Source of the DNA: an uncultured bacterium
GTDB taxonomy: Bacteria; Acidobacteriota; Thermoanaerobaculia; Multivoradales; JAHZIX01
Direction: 5' to 3'
Assembly (NCBI GenBank): GCA_965368975.1
Contig: CBDUPA010000035.1
Coordinates: 1 to 32,032 of the forward strand
Length of the DNA: 32,032 bases
The number at the start of each line of letters is the position of its first letter. Within the stretch, counting starts at the first letter, position 1. The notes under the pieces are model-generated. The model was not told where the DNA came from. It searched no databases and saw only the letters and a program-made list of their open reading frames with translations. Of the stretch, positions 1-7,094 are shown piece after piece. The translations under genes were made by a program, and so were the position numbers.

Positions 1-99
1 GACCGGGGACCGGTCTTCTTTGGCTAACGCGGCGACCGGGGACCGGTCTTCTTTGGCTAACGCCGTGACCGGGGACCGGTCTTCTTTGGCCAATGCCGG
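1..99. repeat. 33-bp tandem repeat, at least 3 copies, cut by window start
   Basis: GACCGGGGACCGGTCTTCTTTGGC(T/C)AA(C/T)GC.. starts at 1, 34 and 67; no spacers. Confidence 0.95.
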
Positions 100-258
100 C
101 TCCGAGGAAGGCTGGATTCCGGCGGCGAGGTGGCTGGCGGATCGGACCGCTCGCAGTGCCAGAGATCTTGCTTTCGACAGAAGTTCAGCAGGTGGGCTAC
201 CAGGCGGGCTTGTTGGAGTAGAGGAGGAGCTTATTTCTGAGTGTAAAGACATTGACAT
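1..258 (-). CDS. possible 5' part of a gene running off the window, with 11-aa repeat ALAKEDRSPV(T/A)
   Basis: Minus frame is stop-free from ATG 258 to base 1 (MSMSLHSEISSS...PALAKEDRSPVTALAKEDRSPVAALAKEDRSPV). No clear RBS and the ATG overlaps a plus-strand TTGACA, so the start is doubtful. Confidence 0.35.
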   Translation of the reverse strand, partial: MSMSLHSEISSSSTPTSPPGSPPAELLSKARSLALRAVRSASHLAAGIQPSSEPALAKEDRSPVTALAKEDRSPVAALAKEDRSPV

Positions 259-279
259 TTCCAGATGCGATGGTATGGT
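252..279 (+). promoter_or_regulatory. sigma70-type promoter
   Basis: TTGACA 252-257, 16-bp spacer, extended -10 TGG-TATGGT 271-279. Confidence 0.6.
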
Positions 280-285
280 TGGACG

Positions 286-345
286 TGAGAAGGCGTCACC
301 TTCTCCATCCCTCCGAGGAGTGCGAAGGGCACTCCTCCTTTTTTT
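286..345 (+). ncRNA. candidate ~60-nt small RNA
   Basis: Directly after the promoter: stem GAGAAGG/CCTTCTC (287-305), linker CATCCCTCC (306-314), terminator stem and U7. Confidence 0.5.
315..345 (+). terminator. intrinsic terminator
   Basis: Perfect 9-bp stem GAGGAGTGC-gaagg-GCACTCCTC followed by C and T7 (339-345); may also protect the 3' end of the convergent 361..939 mRNA. Confidence 0.8.
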
Positions 346-360
346 GCCCGCACGAACGAA

Positions 361-939
361 TTAGTTGCCGAGCAGGCCGGCTTTGAAGTCGGCGCTGGGT
401 GGGGTCGGGCCGATCCAGCAGCCCCACAGGGCGTCGGCGAAGTCCTTGCCTTCGATCGTGCCGAGTGCCTTACCCTCGAACTGGACCTCGGTACCAGTCC
501 CTGGAACATAGGTGTAGACGTACTGGCTACCGTCCTTGGCGTCCTGCATCAGGGTGCAGAGAGCCTCGAACTTGCTCTTCAGGTCAGCTGAGGCACCGGG
601 TGTGTTGGCCTTCAACCCGTCCTGCCAGCCGCCGCAGATCTTCTCGGCGTCGACGCTGCGCACGAATTGCATGATCACCTGGCGCGGCTCGTCGGCCGCC
701 AGGATGGCGGCGGCATCGTTCTGCTGGGCCGGCAGGTACAGGCCTGCGACGTAGACCTTGAAGATCATCTTCGAGCGCAGGCCAGTGCCGTTGAGTACCA
801 GGGTGCCGCCACCGACGGTAACGTCGTCCGGTAGCTCGACGCCAGCCAGCTTGGCTGCGTGGCTGGGGGCTGGAAATGCCAGCCACAGCAGAGTAAGCAG
901 GCCGAGTGCTAGAGCGCAGAGAGAACGGCGGCTGGGCAT
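361..939 (-). CDS. secreted chalcone isomerase-like (CHI-fold) protein
   Basis: Signal peptide ending PSHA-A; LVLNGTGLRSKMIFKVYVAGLYL and IEGKDFADALWGCWIGPTPPSADFKAGLLG are typical of the bacterial CHI-like family; RBS AGGAGG. Confidence 0.85.
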   Translation of the reverse strand: MPSRRSLCALALGLLTLLWLAFPAPSHAAKLAGVELPDDVTVGGGTLVLNGTGLRSKMIFKVYVAGLYLPAQQNDAAAILAADEPRQVIMQFVRSVDAEKICGGWQDGLKANTPGASADLKSKFEALCTLMQDAKDGSQYVYTYVPGTGTEVQFEGKALGTIEGKDFADALWGCWIGPTPPSADFKAGLLGN

Positions 940-961
940 GGTATATCCTCCTGAGGATTCT

Positions 962-988
962 TACGTATCTATCGGCATGCCGGGTTCC
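962..988 (-). promoter_or_regulatory. candidate ECF-sigma promoter for the CHI-like gene
   Basis: GGAACC (988-983) - 17 nt - CGTA (965-962), about 10 nt upstream of the AGGAGG RBS. Confidence 0.45.
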
Positions 989-1018
989 TGGAGGCGGTCG
1001 ACCACATGGGAACGCGGC

Positions 1019-1684
1019 TTGACGAACGACGACGGGCCGCAAGGCCCTGCTCCAACGATACCCCATCAGAGTCCGAGGGAGGACGCCATCGCCGCCGCGA
1101 TCTCCGACGTGGAGCTGGTCGAGCGTGCCCTGGCCGGAATGCAGGAGGCGTTCCGTGAGCTTGTGCAACGCTACCAGCGACCGGTGTACACACTCGTTTT
1201 GCGTATGGTGCGCGATCCGTCGCGCGCCGAGGAACTGGCGCAAGACGCCTTCCTGAAGGTCTACCGCAAGCTGCACACCTATGACACGCGGCGCAAGTTC
1301 TCGAGCTGGCTGTTCAAGGTCGCCCACAACACCACGTTGGATTTCCTGCGCAAGAAGGCGCCACAGGTGGTCTCGCTGGAGAGTGATGATCTGGACCCGT
1401 CCTACCGCGCTGAGCTGCAGGACACCTCGGCCGCGTCGCCGGATGAGACGTTGGAGCGAGCGGACCTGGCCTCCGCGCTGGAAGCGGCGGTCGCGGAGCT
1501 GGCACCGCACTATCGCGAGATCGTGCTGCTGCGGTTCGGGCAGGATTTGGCGTACCAGGAGATCGCCGAGGTCACCGGGCAGCCGATGGGGACGGTGAAG
1601 GTCCAACTGCACCGGGCGCGCAAGCAACTCGTCGCGGGGCTGCAGCGGCGTGGCATTTCCGCCGCGACACTGGCCCAGCCTTGA
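1019..1684 (+). CDS. ECF RNA polymerase sigma factor (SigW/RpoE-like)
   Basis: Region 2 (AFRELVQRYQRPVY, AEELAQDAFLKVY, FSSWLFKVAHN) and region 4 (LAYQEIAEVTGQPMGTVKVQLHRARKQL). Start uncertain (TTG 1019 or ATG 977); the track start at 758 overlaps the divergent gene. Confidence 0.92.
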   Translation: MTNDDGPQGPAPTIPHQSPREDAIAAAISDVELVERALAGMQEAFRELVQRYQRPVYTLVLRMVRDPSRAEELAQDAFLKVYRKLHTYDTRRKFSSWLFKVAHNTTLDFLRKKAPQVVSLESDDLDPSYRAELQDTSAASPDETLERADLASALEAAVAELAPHYREIVLLRFGQDLAYQEIAEVTGQPMGTVKVQLHRARKQLVAGLQRRGISAATLAQP

Positions 1685-1722
1685 GTCGCTGGAAAGCATG
1701 AGACAATACGCGCCTCAAGGCG

Positions 1723-1749
1723 TGAAACACGCGTCGAGCCCACCTCGTA
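1723..1749 (+). promoter_or_regulatory. SigW-type ECF promoter
   Basis: TGAAAC (1723-1728) - 17 nt - CGTA (1746-1749), matching the Bacillus sigmaW consensus; RBS GAGGAG follows at 1761. Confidence 0.65.
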
Positions 1750-1774
1750 GGGCCGGTTGAGAGGAGACGCACCC

Positions 1775-2449
1775 GTGAGCCGCATAGACCCTTCATCCCC
1801 GCAACGTCGAGCCGCCGAGGCCGCGAGTTCCGCTGAGCCAGATCTGGCAGCGGCGGTCGCGGCGTGGCTGTGCCGCGAAGAGGGGGAGGAGTTCGCGCGT
1901 TCCGAAGTCGACGTCTCGACCGAAACCGCGTCCGAAGCAAGAATGGCCGAGGTCCTGGTGACGGAGGCGACGCTACGCCGTGTCTTTCGTCGACTGCCAG
2001 AACCAGCCGTGCCCGCGAGCTTCACCCATGCCGTGATGGCACGGGTGGCTGCGCAGCCGGATGCCGAGCGTGTGTGGCTGCGTCGATTGGAGCGCTGGGT
2101 TGGCCCGGCGTTCCTGGTGGCAGCGGGGCTTTTCTTGCTGGTGTTGCCGCCTCTGCTCAGCGCCTGGTGGGGCGACGCCGGACTCGGTGTGCACAGCATC
2201 GGTACCGCGGCGCACGGGCTGGTCGCGCTGGCTGCCGACTGGGCACGTGCGGCACTGGCCTTCTGGGCCTGGGTTGCTGGTCTTCTGGGCACCCTGCTGC
2301 GCGCCTTCGCCAGTGTTCCGGGGCTGATGATGCTGACGACCTGCGCTCTGCTCGGTCTGGGGACCTGGTCCCTGGTCGGTGGCCAGATCGCGGCGCGTGT
2401 CTCCTCTCGATCGAACCTGTCCAAAGGGCCTTTCCTGAGAGGAGCGTGA
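1775..2449 (+). CDS. putative membrane anti-sigma factor
   Basis: Follows the ECF gene; GTG 1775 after GAGGAG; LRRVFRRLPEPAVPASFTHAVMARV helix typical of anti-sigma N-domains, then several hydrophobic segments; no HxxxCxxC motif. Confidence 0.65.
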   Translation: MSRIDPSSPQRRAAEAASSAEPDLAAAVAAWLCREEGEEFARSEVDVSTETASEARMAEVLVTEATLRRVFRRLPEPAVPASFTHAVMARVAAQPDAERVWLRRLERWVGPAFLVAAGLFLLVLPPLLSAWWGDAGLGVHSIGTAAHGLVALAADWARAALAFWAWVAGLLGTLLRAFASVPGLMMLTTCALLGLGTWSLVGGQIAARVSSRSNLSKGPFLRGA

Positions 2450-2453
2450 GCCG

Positions 2454-4211
2454 ATGTCCCTGTCGACCCTGAAGCGCGTTGACCTGCTGCGAGTCGTGGG
2501 TCTACCCCCGGCCGCGAGGTTCTTGCCGGCTGTGTCCCGAAGAGCTGCGCCCCGAAGAGCCGTGTCCCAGCTCCTCGGGCTGAGCCTGACGGTTCTGTGG
2601 GTGGGCTTGTCCATATCACTGGCGATCGGTCTGGCGCCGACCGCCCAGGCTCAGGATGCCTCACAGGCTCTGGCGGAGAGCTTGCGCGAGCGCTACGAAA
2701 TTCTGCCGCTCCAAGGCACTGAAGGGCTGGCGCTGATTCCCCTGGACCCGCCACCGGGCGTGCGTTCCGTGCGCATCAAGGGTAACGAGATTCGCGTCAA
2801 CGACGCGCTGGTACCCCCGGACGCGCTACGGGCCTGGCTGCGGGACGACGCCGAAGCACTGCTGCGCCTGGCCGACTTGCCTCCCAGGGCTCGCCTGCGG
2901 CTGTTGGGCTTCGAGGCGCCCGAGTTGGTCGCGCAAGGCACGCCGCCACCGCCGTCCAGGGCCGTCGAGTCCCCGCTGCCTTTGGCGGACGCGCCGGAGC
3001 CGGACGCGCCGGTTCTGGACGCGCCGGTGACGGGTGCTGAACCCCTGTCTCCGGAGAATCCGGCAGAGCCCGAGCCGTCGGCAATCCCCGAGCTGGAGAT
3101 TCCCGAGGTGCCGGAGCCGGAGCGTGTAGAGATCCGGATCGAGAGTGACACCCGTCTCAGCTTCGGCTCGTCTCTGACCATCGAAGCGGACGAGGCGGCG
3201 CAAGAGGCGGTGTCCTTCGGTGGTCCGGTCGTGGTGCGGGGGCGGGTTCGGGGGGATGTCGCATCCTTCGGCGGTCCGGTGCGCGTCAGTGGCCAGGTGG
3301 ATGGCGACATCTCGACCTTCGGCGGTCCGGTCTACCTGGCGGAGACAGCCGTGGTCTACGGCGACATCATCACCCTCGGCGGCAACGTCGAACGTGAGGA
3401 CGGTGCTCAGCACTACGGCGAAGTGAGCGGGGTCAATATCGGTAGCGACCTGCTCCGGATCGGTGATTGGGACGACTTCAACATCGACATCGCCCCTTGG
3501 GGGCCCTGGTGGGGCTTCGACCGCCACGGCTACGACAACGACATCGCCGATGCCATCGGCCACATGGTGTTGCTCGGCGTCTTGGTGTGCCTGGTGCTTG
3601 CGCTGGTGCGGCCGCGCGTCGAGCGGATTCGCCTGGCGATCGCCGAAGAACCCTGGCGTGCCGGTTTCCTGGGGATTCTGGCGACCGGCCTGTTCGGCTT
3701 CGTCAGCCTGGTCTTGTTGGTGTCGATCATCGGCTGGCCAGTGTTGGTGCTCGGCGTCTTGGCGTATATCGTCTTCGCCGTCGTCGGCTATGCCGCGGTG
3801 GCGTACCAGCTCGGCCGGTACCTGGAGACGCGCTTCGACTGGCATCCCGGTAGCTTCTACCTGCTCGCCCTGGCCGGTGTGTTGCTGATTCAGGGCTGGT
3901 CGCTGGCCGCTGAAGTCATGGGCCTTGCCGGCTGGCCGGTGGTCATCTTCACCGTACTCCTGGGTCTCTTCGGCTTCTGCGCTCAGTTCGCTGCCTGGAT
4001 GGTGGGTCTGGGCGGAGTGGTTCTCAGTCGTAGCCAGCCGGCCGTGCCCGTTTCTGGTGTGCCCGCTCCGGTCGAGCCCATTCCGGCAACTGGGCCCTCG
4101 CCTGGGCATGAAGCTGGCCCTTCGACTGGCCCCGTCCCGCCACCGCCGGTGCCTCCTGCCGCGTCGCCGGGCGAGTCCGTTCCGGCACCTTCGGAGAGTG
4201 AGACACCTTGA
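2454..4211 (+). CDS. membrane protein with bactofilin/polymer-forming-like beta-helix repeats
   Basis: Signal/TM ending AQA-Q, Pro-rich linker, repeats SFGGPVxVxGxVxGD, about 5 C-terminal TM helices, Pro-rich tail. Confidence 0.75.
   Translation: MSLSTLKRVDLLRVVGLPPAARFLPAVSRRAAPRRAVSQLLGLSLTVLWVGLSISLAIGLAPTAQAQDASQALAESLRERYEILPLQGTEGLALIPLDPPPGVRSVRIKGNEIRVNDALVPPDALRAWLRDDAEALLRLADLPPRARLRLLGFEAPELVAQGTPPPPSRAVESPLPLADAPEPDAPVLDAPVTGAEPLSPENPAEPEPSAIPELEIPEVPEPERVEIRIESDTRLSFGSSLTIEADEAAQEAVSFGGPVVVRGRVRGDVASFGGPVRVSGQVDGDISTFGGPVYLAETAVVYGDIITLGGNVEREDGAQHYGEVSGVNIGSDLLRIGDWDDFNIDIAPWGPWWGFDRHGYDNDIADAIGHMVLLGVLVCLVLALVRPRVERIRLAIAEEPWRAGFLGILATGLFGFVSLVLLVSIIGWPVLVLGVLAYIVFAVVGYAAVAYQLGRYLETRFDWHPGSFYLLALAGVLLIQGWSLAAEVMGLAGWPVVIFTVLLGLFGFCAQFAAWMVGLGGVVLSRSQPAVPVSGVPAPVEPIPATGPSPGHEAGPSTGPVPPPPVPPAASPGESVPAPSESETP
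2529..2568 (+). repeat. 15-bp in-frame tandem repeat (2.7 copies)
   Basis: GCTGTGTCCCGAAGA GCTGCGCCCCGAAGA GCCGTGTCCC. Confidence 0.75.
2987..3027 (+). repeat. 15-bp-period in-frame repeat (DAP x3)
   Basis: GGACGCGCCGG at 2987, 3002 and 3017. Confidence 0.8.
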
Positions 4212-5404
4212 CGACGACTGCCCGCGTCCAAACGGGTCTGCAGCGCCTGCTGGCGGAGCCGGAGCGGCTCGCTGGCAGGCGTTTCGCGTTGCTCGCGCAT
4301 GCCGCTTCGGTGACCTCTGAGCTCCAGCCGATTCACCTGGCGCTGCAGCGAGCGGGCCGATCTCCGGCCTTCCTCCTCGGCCCAGAGCACGGCTACTATG
4401 CCGTCGAGCAAGACATGATCCCGGCGCGGGAGACGCGCGATCCGTGGACCGGCTTGCCGATCGTCTCGCTCTACGGCGACGGCGAGGATACGCTGCGCCC
4501 CGATTCCGCGGTGTTCGAAGATGTCGACCTGCTGCTGATCGACTTGCAGGACGTTGGCAGTCGCTATTACACCTACGCCGCCACCGCGGTGTGGGCCGGC
4601 GCTGCCGCCGCTTCGGTGGGTTGTGAGGTGTGGCTGCTCGACCGGCCCAATCCCCTGGGAGGCGACGTTGTCGAGGGGGCGTTGCGCGGAGAGGGGTTCG
4701 ACAGCTTCGTCGGTGCCTTTGCGCACCCCGTACGGCACGGCTTGACGCTCGGTGAGCTGCTGCGCCTGGAGGCCGAGCCCGCCGGCTGGCTCGACGCCGT
4801 CACCGTCTGGCAACTGGATGGCTGGCAACGTTCCATGCTCTGGCCGGCCACCGGCTTGCCGTGGATCGCGCCGTCGCCCAATATGCCGACCTTCGCGACG
4901 TCGGTTCTATATCCGGGTGGTTGTCTGATCGAGGCCACCGAGATTTCCGAGGGTCGAGGCACCACGCGTCCTTTTCACTTGATCGGCGCTCCGCACCTCG
5001 AGGCGCCGGCTCTGGCCGACGACCTGCAGCGTCGACTTCGGGACGCCGGCATCGAGGGTTGCCGCTTCGTGCCCAGCTACTTCCGGCCGCAGTTCCAGAA
5101 GCACGGGGGGGCGATCTGTGCCGGCGTCGAGTGGGTGTTGACCGACGCCGACGCTGTGCCCGCCTACCGCGTCGGCATCGAAGTGCTGGCCGCCCTGGTC
5201 GCCGCCGACCCTGACCGCTTCGCCTGGCGTCAGGCTCCCTACGAGTTTGTCACCGACATCCCCGCCATCGACCTGCTCACCGGCGGCGCCACTTGCCGTC
5301 GAGCCCTCGAAGGAGATGGCGACCTGCACGCCTGGATCGAGTCCTGGCAGCTCGACGAAGATGCGTTCCGCGAACAGCGCCAGCCGGCGTTGCTGTACCC
5401 TTAG
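4208..5404 (+). CDS. namZ: exo-beta-N-acetylmuramidase NamZ family (DUF1343/YbbC)
   Basis: GPEHG, DLQDVGSRYYTY, LDRPNPLGG, RHGLTLGEL, PSPNMPT, SEGRGTTRPF; TTG start overlaps upstream stop (TTGA); no obvious signal peptide. Confidence 0.92.
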   Translation: MTTTARVQTGLQRLLAEPERLAGRRFALLAHAASVTSELQPIHLALQRAGRSPAFLLGPEHGYYAVEQDMIPARETRDPWTGLPIVSLYGDGEDTLRPDSAVFEDVDLLLIDLQDVGSRYYTYAATAVWAGAAAASVGCEVWLLDRPNPLGGDVVEGALRGEGFDSFVGAFAHPVRHGLTLGELLRLEAEPAGWLDAVTVWQLDGWQRSMLWPATGLPWIAPSPNMPTFATSVLYPGGCLIEATEISEGRGTTRPFHLIGAPHLEAPALADDLQRRLRDAGIEGCRFVPSYFRPQFQKHGGAICAGVEWVLTDADAVPAYRVGIEVLAALVAADPDRFAWRQAPYEFVTDIPAIDLLTGGATCRRALEGDGDLHAWIESWQLDEDAFREQRQPALLYP

Positions 5405-5437
5405 CTTTCTCCCACCGAGCGAAGTGAATCCCGAAGC

Positions 5438-5929
5438 ATGAAGAGAACGCATCTCCTGCACGTCGAGGCGCCAGCTAGCGCCTTCGAACCCTTGATCTCT
5501 GCTGCCCTCGACGCCGGCTTGCGTCTCGGCTGGTTGCGCCTGGATGCAGCTTCGACGCTCCCGGAACCGCTGCCTGAGGACTTGCAAGACGCCGCTGGTG
5601 CGGGCGTTCTGCGGGCCGTCCATTGCAGCGCCACGGGCACGACGACCGTCAAACCACGGCGCGGTGCTCCCGTGGTGCAGGACCTGCTGCGCGAGCACTT
5701 CCGGGGCTGTGCGGCCGTGCTCGTCGCGGGCGATCTGGCCGCCGCGGTCGGAGGCGCCAGGGAGCCGGTGCCGGTCGTCGGGCGTCTGCTGTCTCCGAGC
5801 GAGCCCTGTGCAGAGCTGGCGGGGGAGGCTGAGCGGCGGTGGCGGGTTGCGCTGGCCTCGGGGCAGGAGCGCACGTACTCGACAACCGAGCTGGTTGCTG
5901 CGCTGCGGCGGCCTCATCCTTGGGACTGA
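5438..5929 (+). CDS. hypothetical protein, possibly degenerate MobB-like fold
   Basis: Fills the operon gap; GLRLGWL..., AAGAGVLRAV, DLLREHFRGCAAVLVAG echo the MobB pattern but there is no Walker A. Confidence 0.6.
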   Translation: MKRTHLLHVEAPASAFEPLISAALDAGLRLGWLRLDAASTLPEPLPEDLQDAAGAGVLRAVHCSATGTTTVKPRRGAPVVQDLLREHFRGCAAVLVAGDLAAAVGGAREPVPVVGRLLSPSEPCAELAGEAERRWRVALASGQERTYSTTELVAALRRPHPWD

Positions 5930-5934
5930 CCCGG

Positions 5935-7026
5935 ATGACCCAGGAACCCATCACCTACTTCGTCCCCGGCCCTGCCTACGTCCTCGAAGAAGTCCGGCAG
6001 TGTCTCACCTGGGAGGTGCAGCCGCACCGCTCGCCGCCCTTCCTCAAGCTCTACGCGGCACTGACGGAGCGTTTGCCACCGATCTTCCGAACCCAGAATG
6101 ACGTCTACCTGGTCACCGGCAGTGCGACGCTCGGCATGGAGATCGCGCTCGTCTCGACGATCGGTCCCGACGACGCCGTGCTGCACCTGGTCAACGGAGC
6201 CTTTTCTGAGCGCTGGTCGAAGGTGAGCGCCGCCTGGGGGTTGCAGCACGACGTTCTGGAGGTACCGATGGGCGAGATCGTGCCGCCGGAGAAGGTGCGC
6301 GAGGCCCTGGCGCGGCGACGCTACGCCGCCGTCACGGTGGTGCACAGCGAGACCTCGACAGGCGTGCTCAACCCGCTGGCCGAGATCGCCCGAGAGGTGT
6401 GCGCGCACAGCGACGCCCTGGTGCTCGTCGACACGGTATCGTCGCTCGGTGGTGCACGCTTCGAGATGGATGCCTGGGGTGTCGACCTGGCGCTCGCGGG
6501 TGTGCAGAAGGCGCTCGCTCTGCCGCCGGGTTTGACGCTGCTCAGCATCTCCGAGCGGACCGCCGAGCAGGCGGCACGGGTGCCGCACCGTGGCTTCTAC
6601 ACAGACCTGTTGCGTTACCGCGACAAGCACCGAGGAGGCGGCACCATTACGACGCCGGCAGTGCCCCAGGTCTACGCGCTGGAGTACCAGGCAAGGCGCA
6701 TTGCCAAAGAGGGCCTGGAGGCGCGCTGGCAGCGGCACCTCGACCTGCAGGCACGGACGCAGGGGTGGGCGAGCGAGCGCGGGGTGGCGTACGCGTCGGC
6801 GCCGGGGACGGCGTCGCCGACGGTCAGCTGTCTGCGCTGCCCGCCGTCGATGGGCTCCGCCGAGCTTCGCCGACGCCTGGCGGAGTACGGTTTCACCGTC
6901 GCTGGCGGCTATGGGCCGTGGAAAGCTGATACCTTTCGTATAGGGCACATGGGGGACGTACAGCCCCGTGACCTGGAGGCTCTGCTCGGCGCCCTGGATA
7001 CGGTGCTAGTAGGGAGAATCGAATGA
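5935..7026 (+). CDS. class V PLP aminotransferase (serine-pyruvate/alanine-glyoxylate family), likely phosphoserine aminotransferase role
   Basis: FVPGP, PHRS, NGAFSERW, HSETSTGVLNP, VDTVSSLGG, QKALALPPG (PLP Lys), FRIGHMG; ATG 5935 is 5 nt after the upstream stop. Confidence 0.9.
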   Translation: MTQEPITYFVPGPAYVLEEVRQCLTWEVQPHRSPPFLKLYAALTERLPPIFRTQNDVYLVTGSATLGMEIALVSTIGPDDAVLHLVNGAFSERWSKVSAAWGLQHDVLEVPMGEIVPPEKVREALARRRYAAVTVVHSETSTGVLNPLAEIAREVCAHSDALVLVDTVSSLGGARFEMDAWGVDLALAGVQKALALPPGLTLLSISERTAEQAARVPHRGFYTDLLRYRDKHRGGGTITTPAVPQVYALEYQARRIAKEGLEARWQRHLDLQARTQGWASERGVAYASAPGTASPTVSCLRCPPSMGSAELRRRLAEYGFTVAGGYGPWKADTFRIGHMGDVQPRDLEALLGALDTVLVGRIE

Positions 7027-7094
7027 GATGAGGGTCCGGACCTCGACGGGTCGCCTGTTTGGAGGAACCCGAACCCTAGTTGGAGGAGCCCGGA

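Noticed and set aside
1-99. CRISPR array
   Set aside because: 33-bp units are directly adjacent with no unique spacers; no cas genes
20-364. 114-aa plus-strand ORF
   Set aside because: No recognisable motif and it reads through the promoter, hairpins and terminator
758-976. N-terminal extension of the ECF sigma in the track
   Set aside because: Overlaps the divergent CHI-like gene and its RBS
1009-1033. GGAAC-N16-CGAC as an autoregulatory ECF promoter
   Set aside because: Weak -10, overlaps the likely start codon, easily arises by chance in GC-rich DNA
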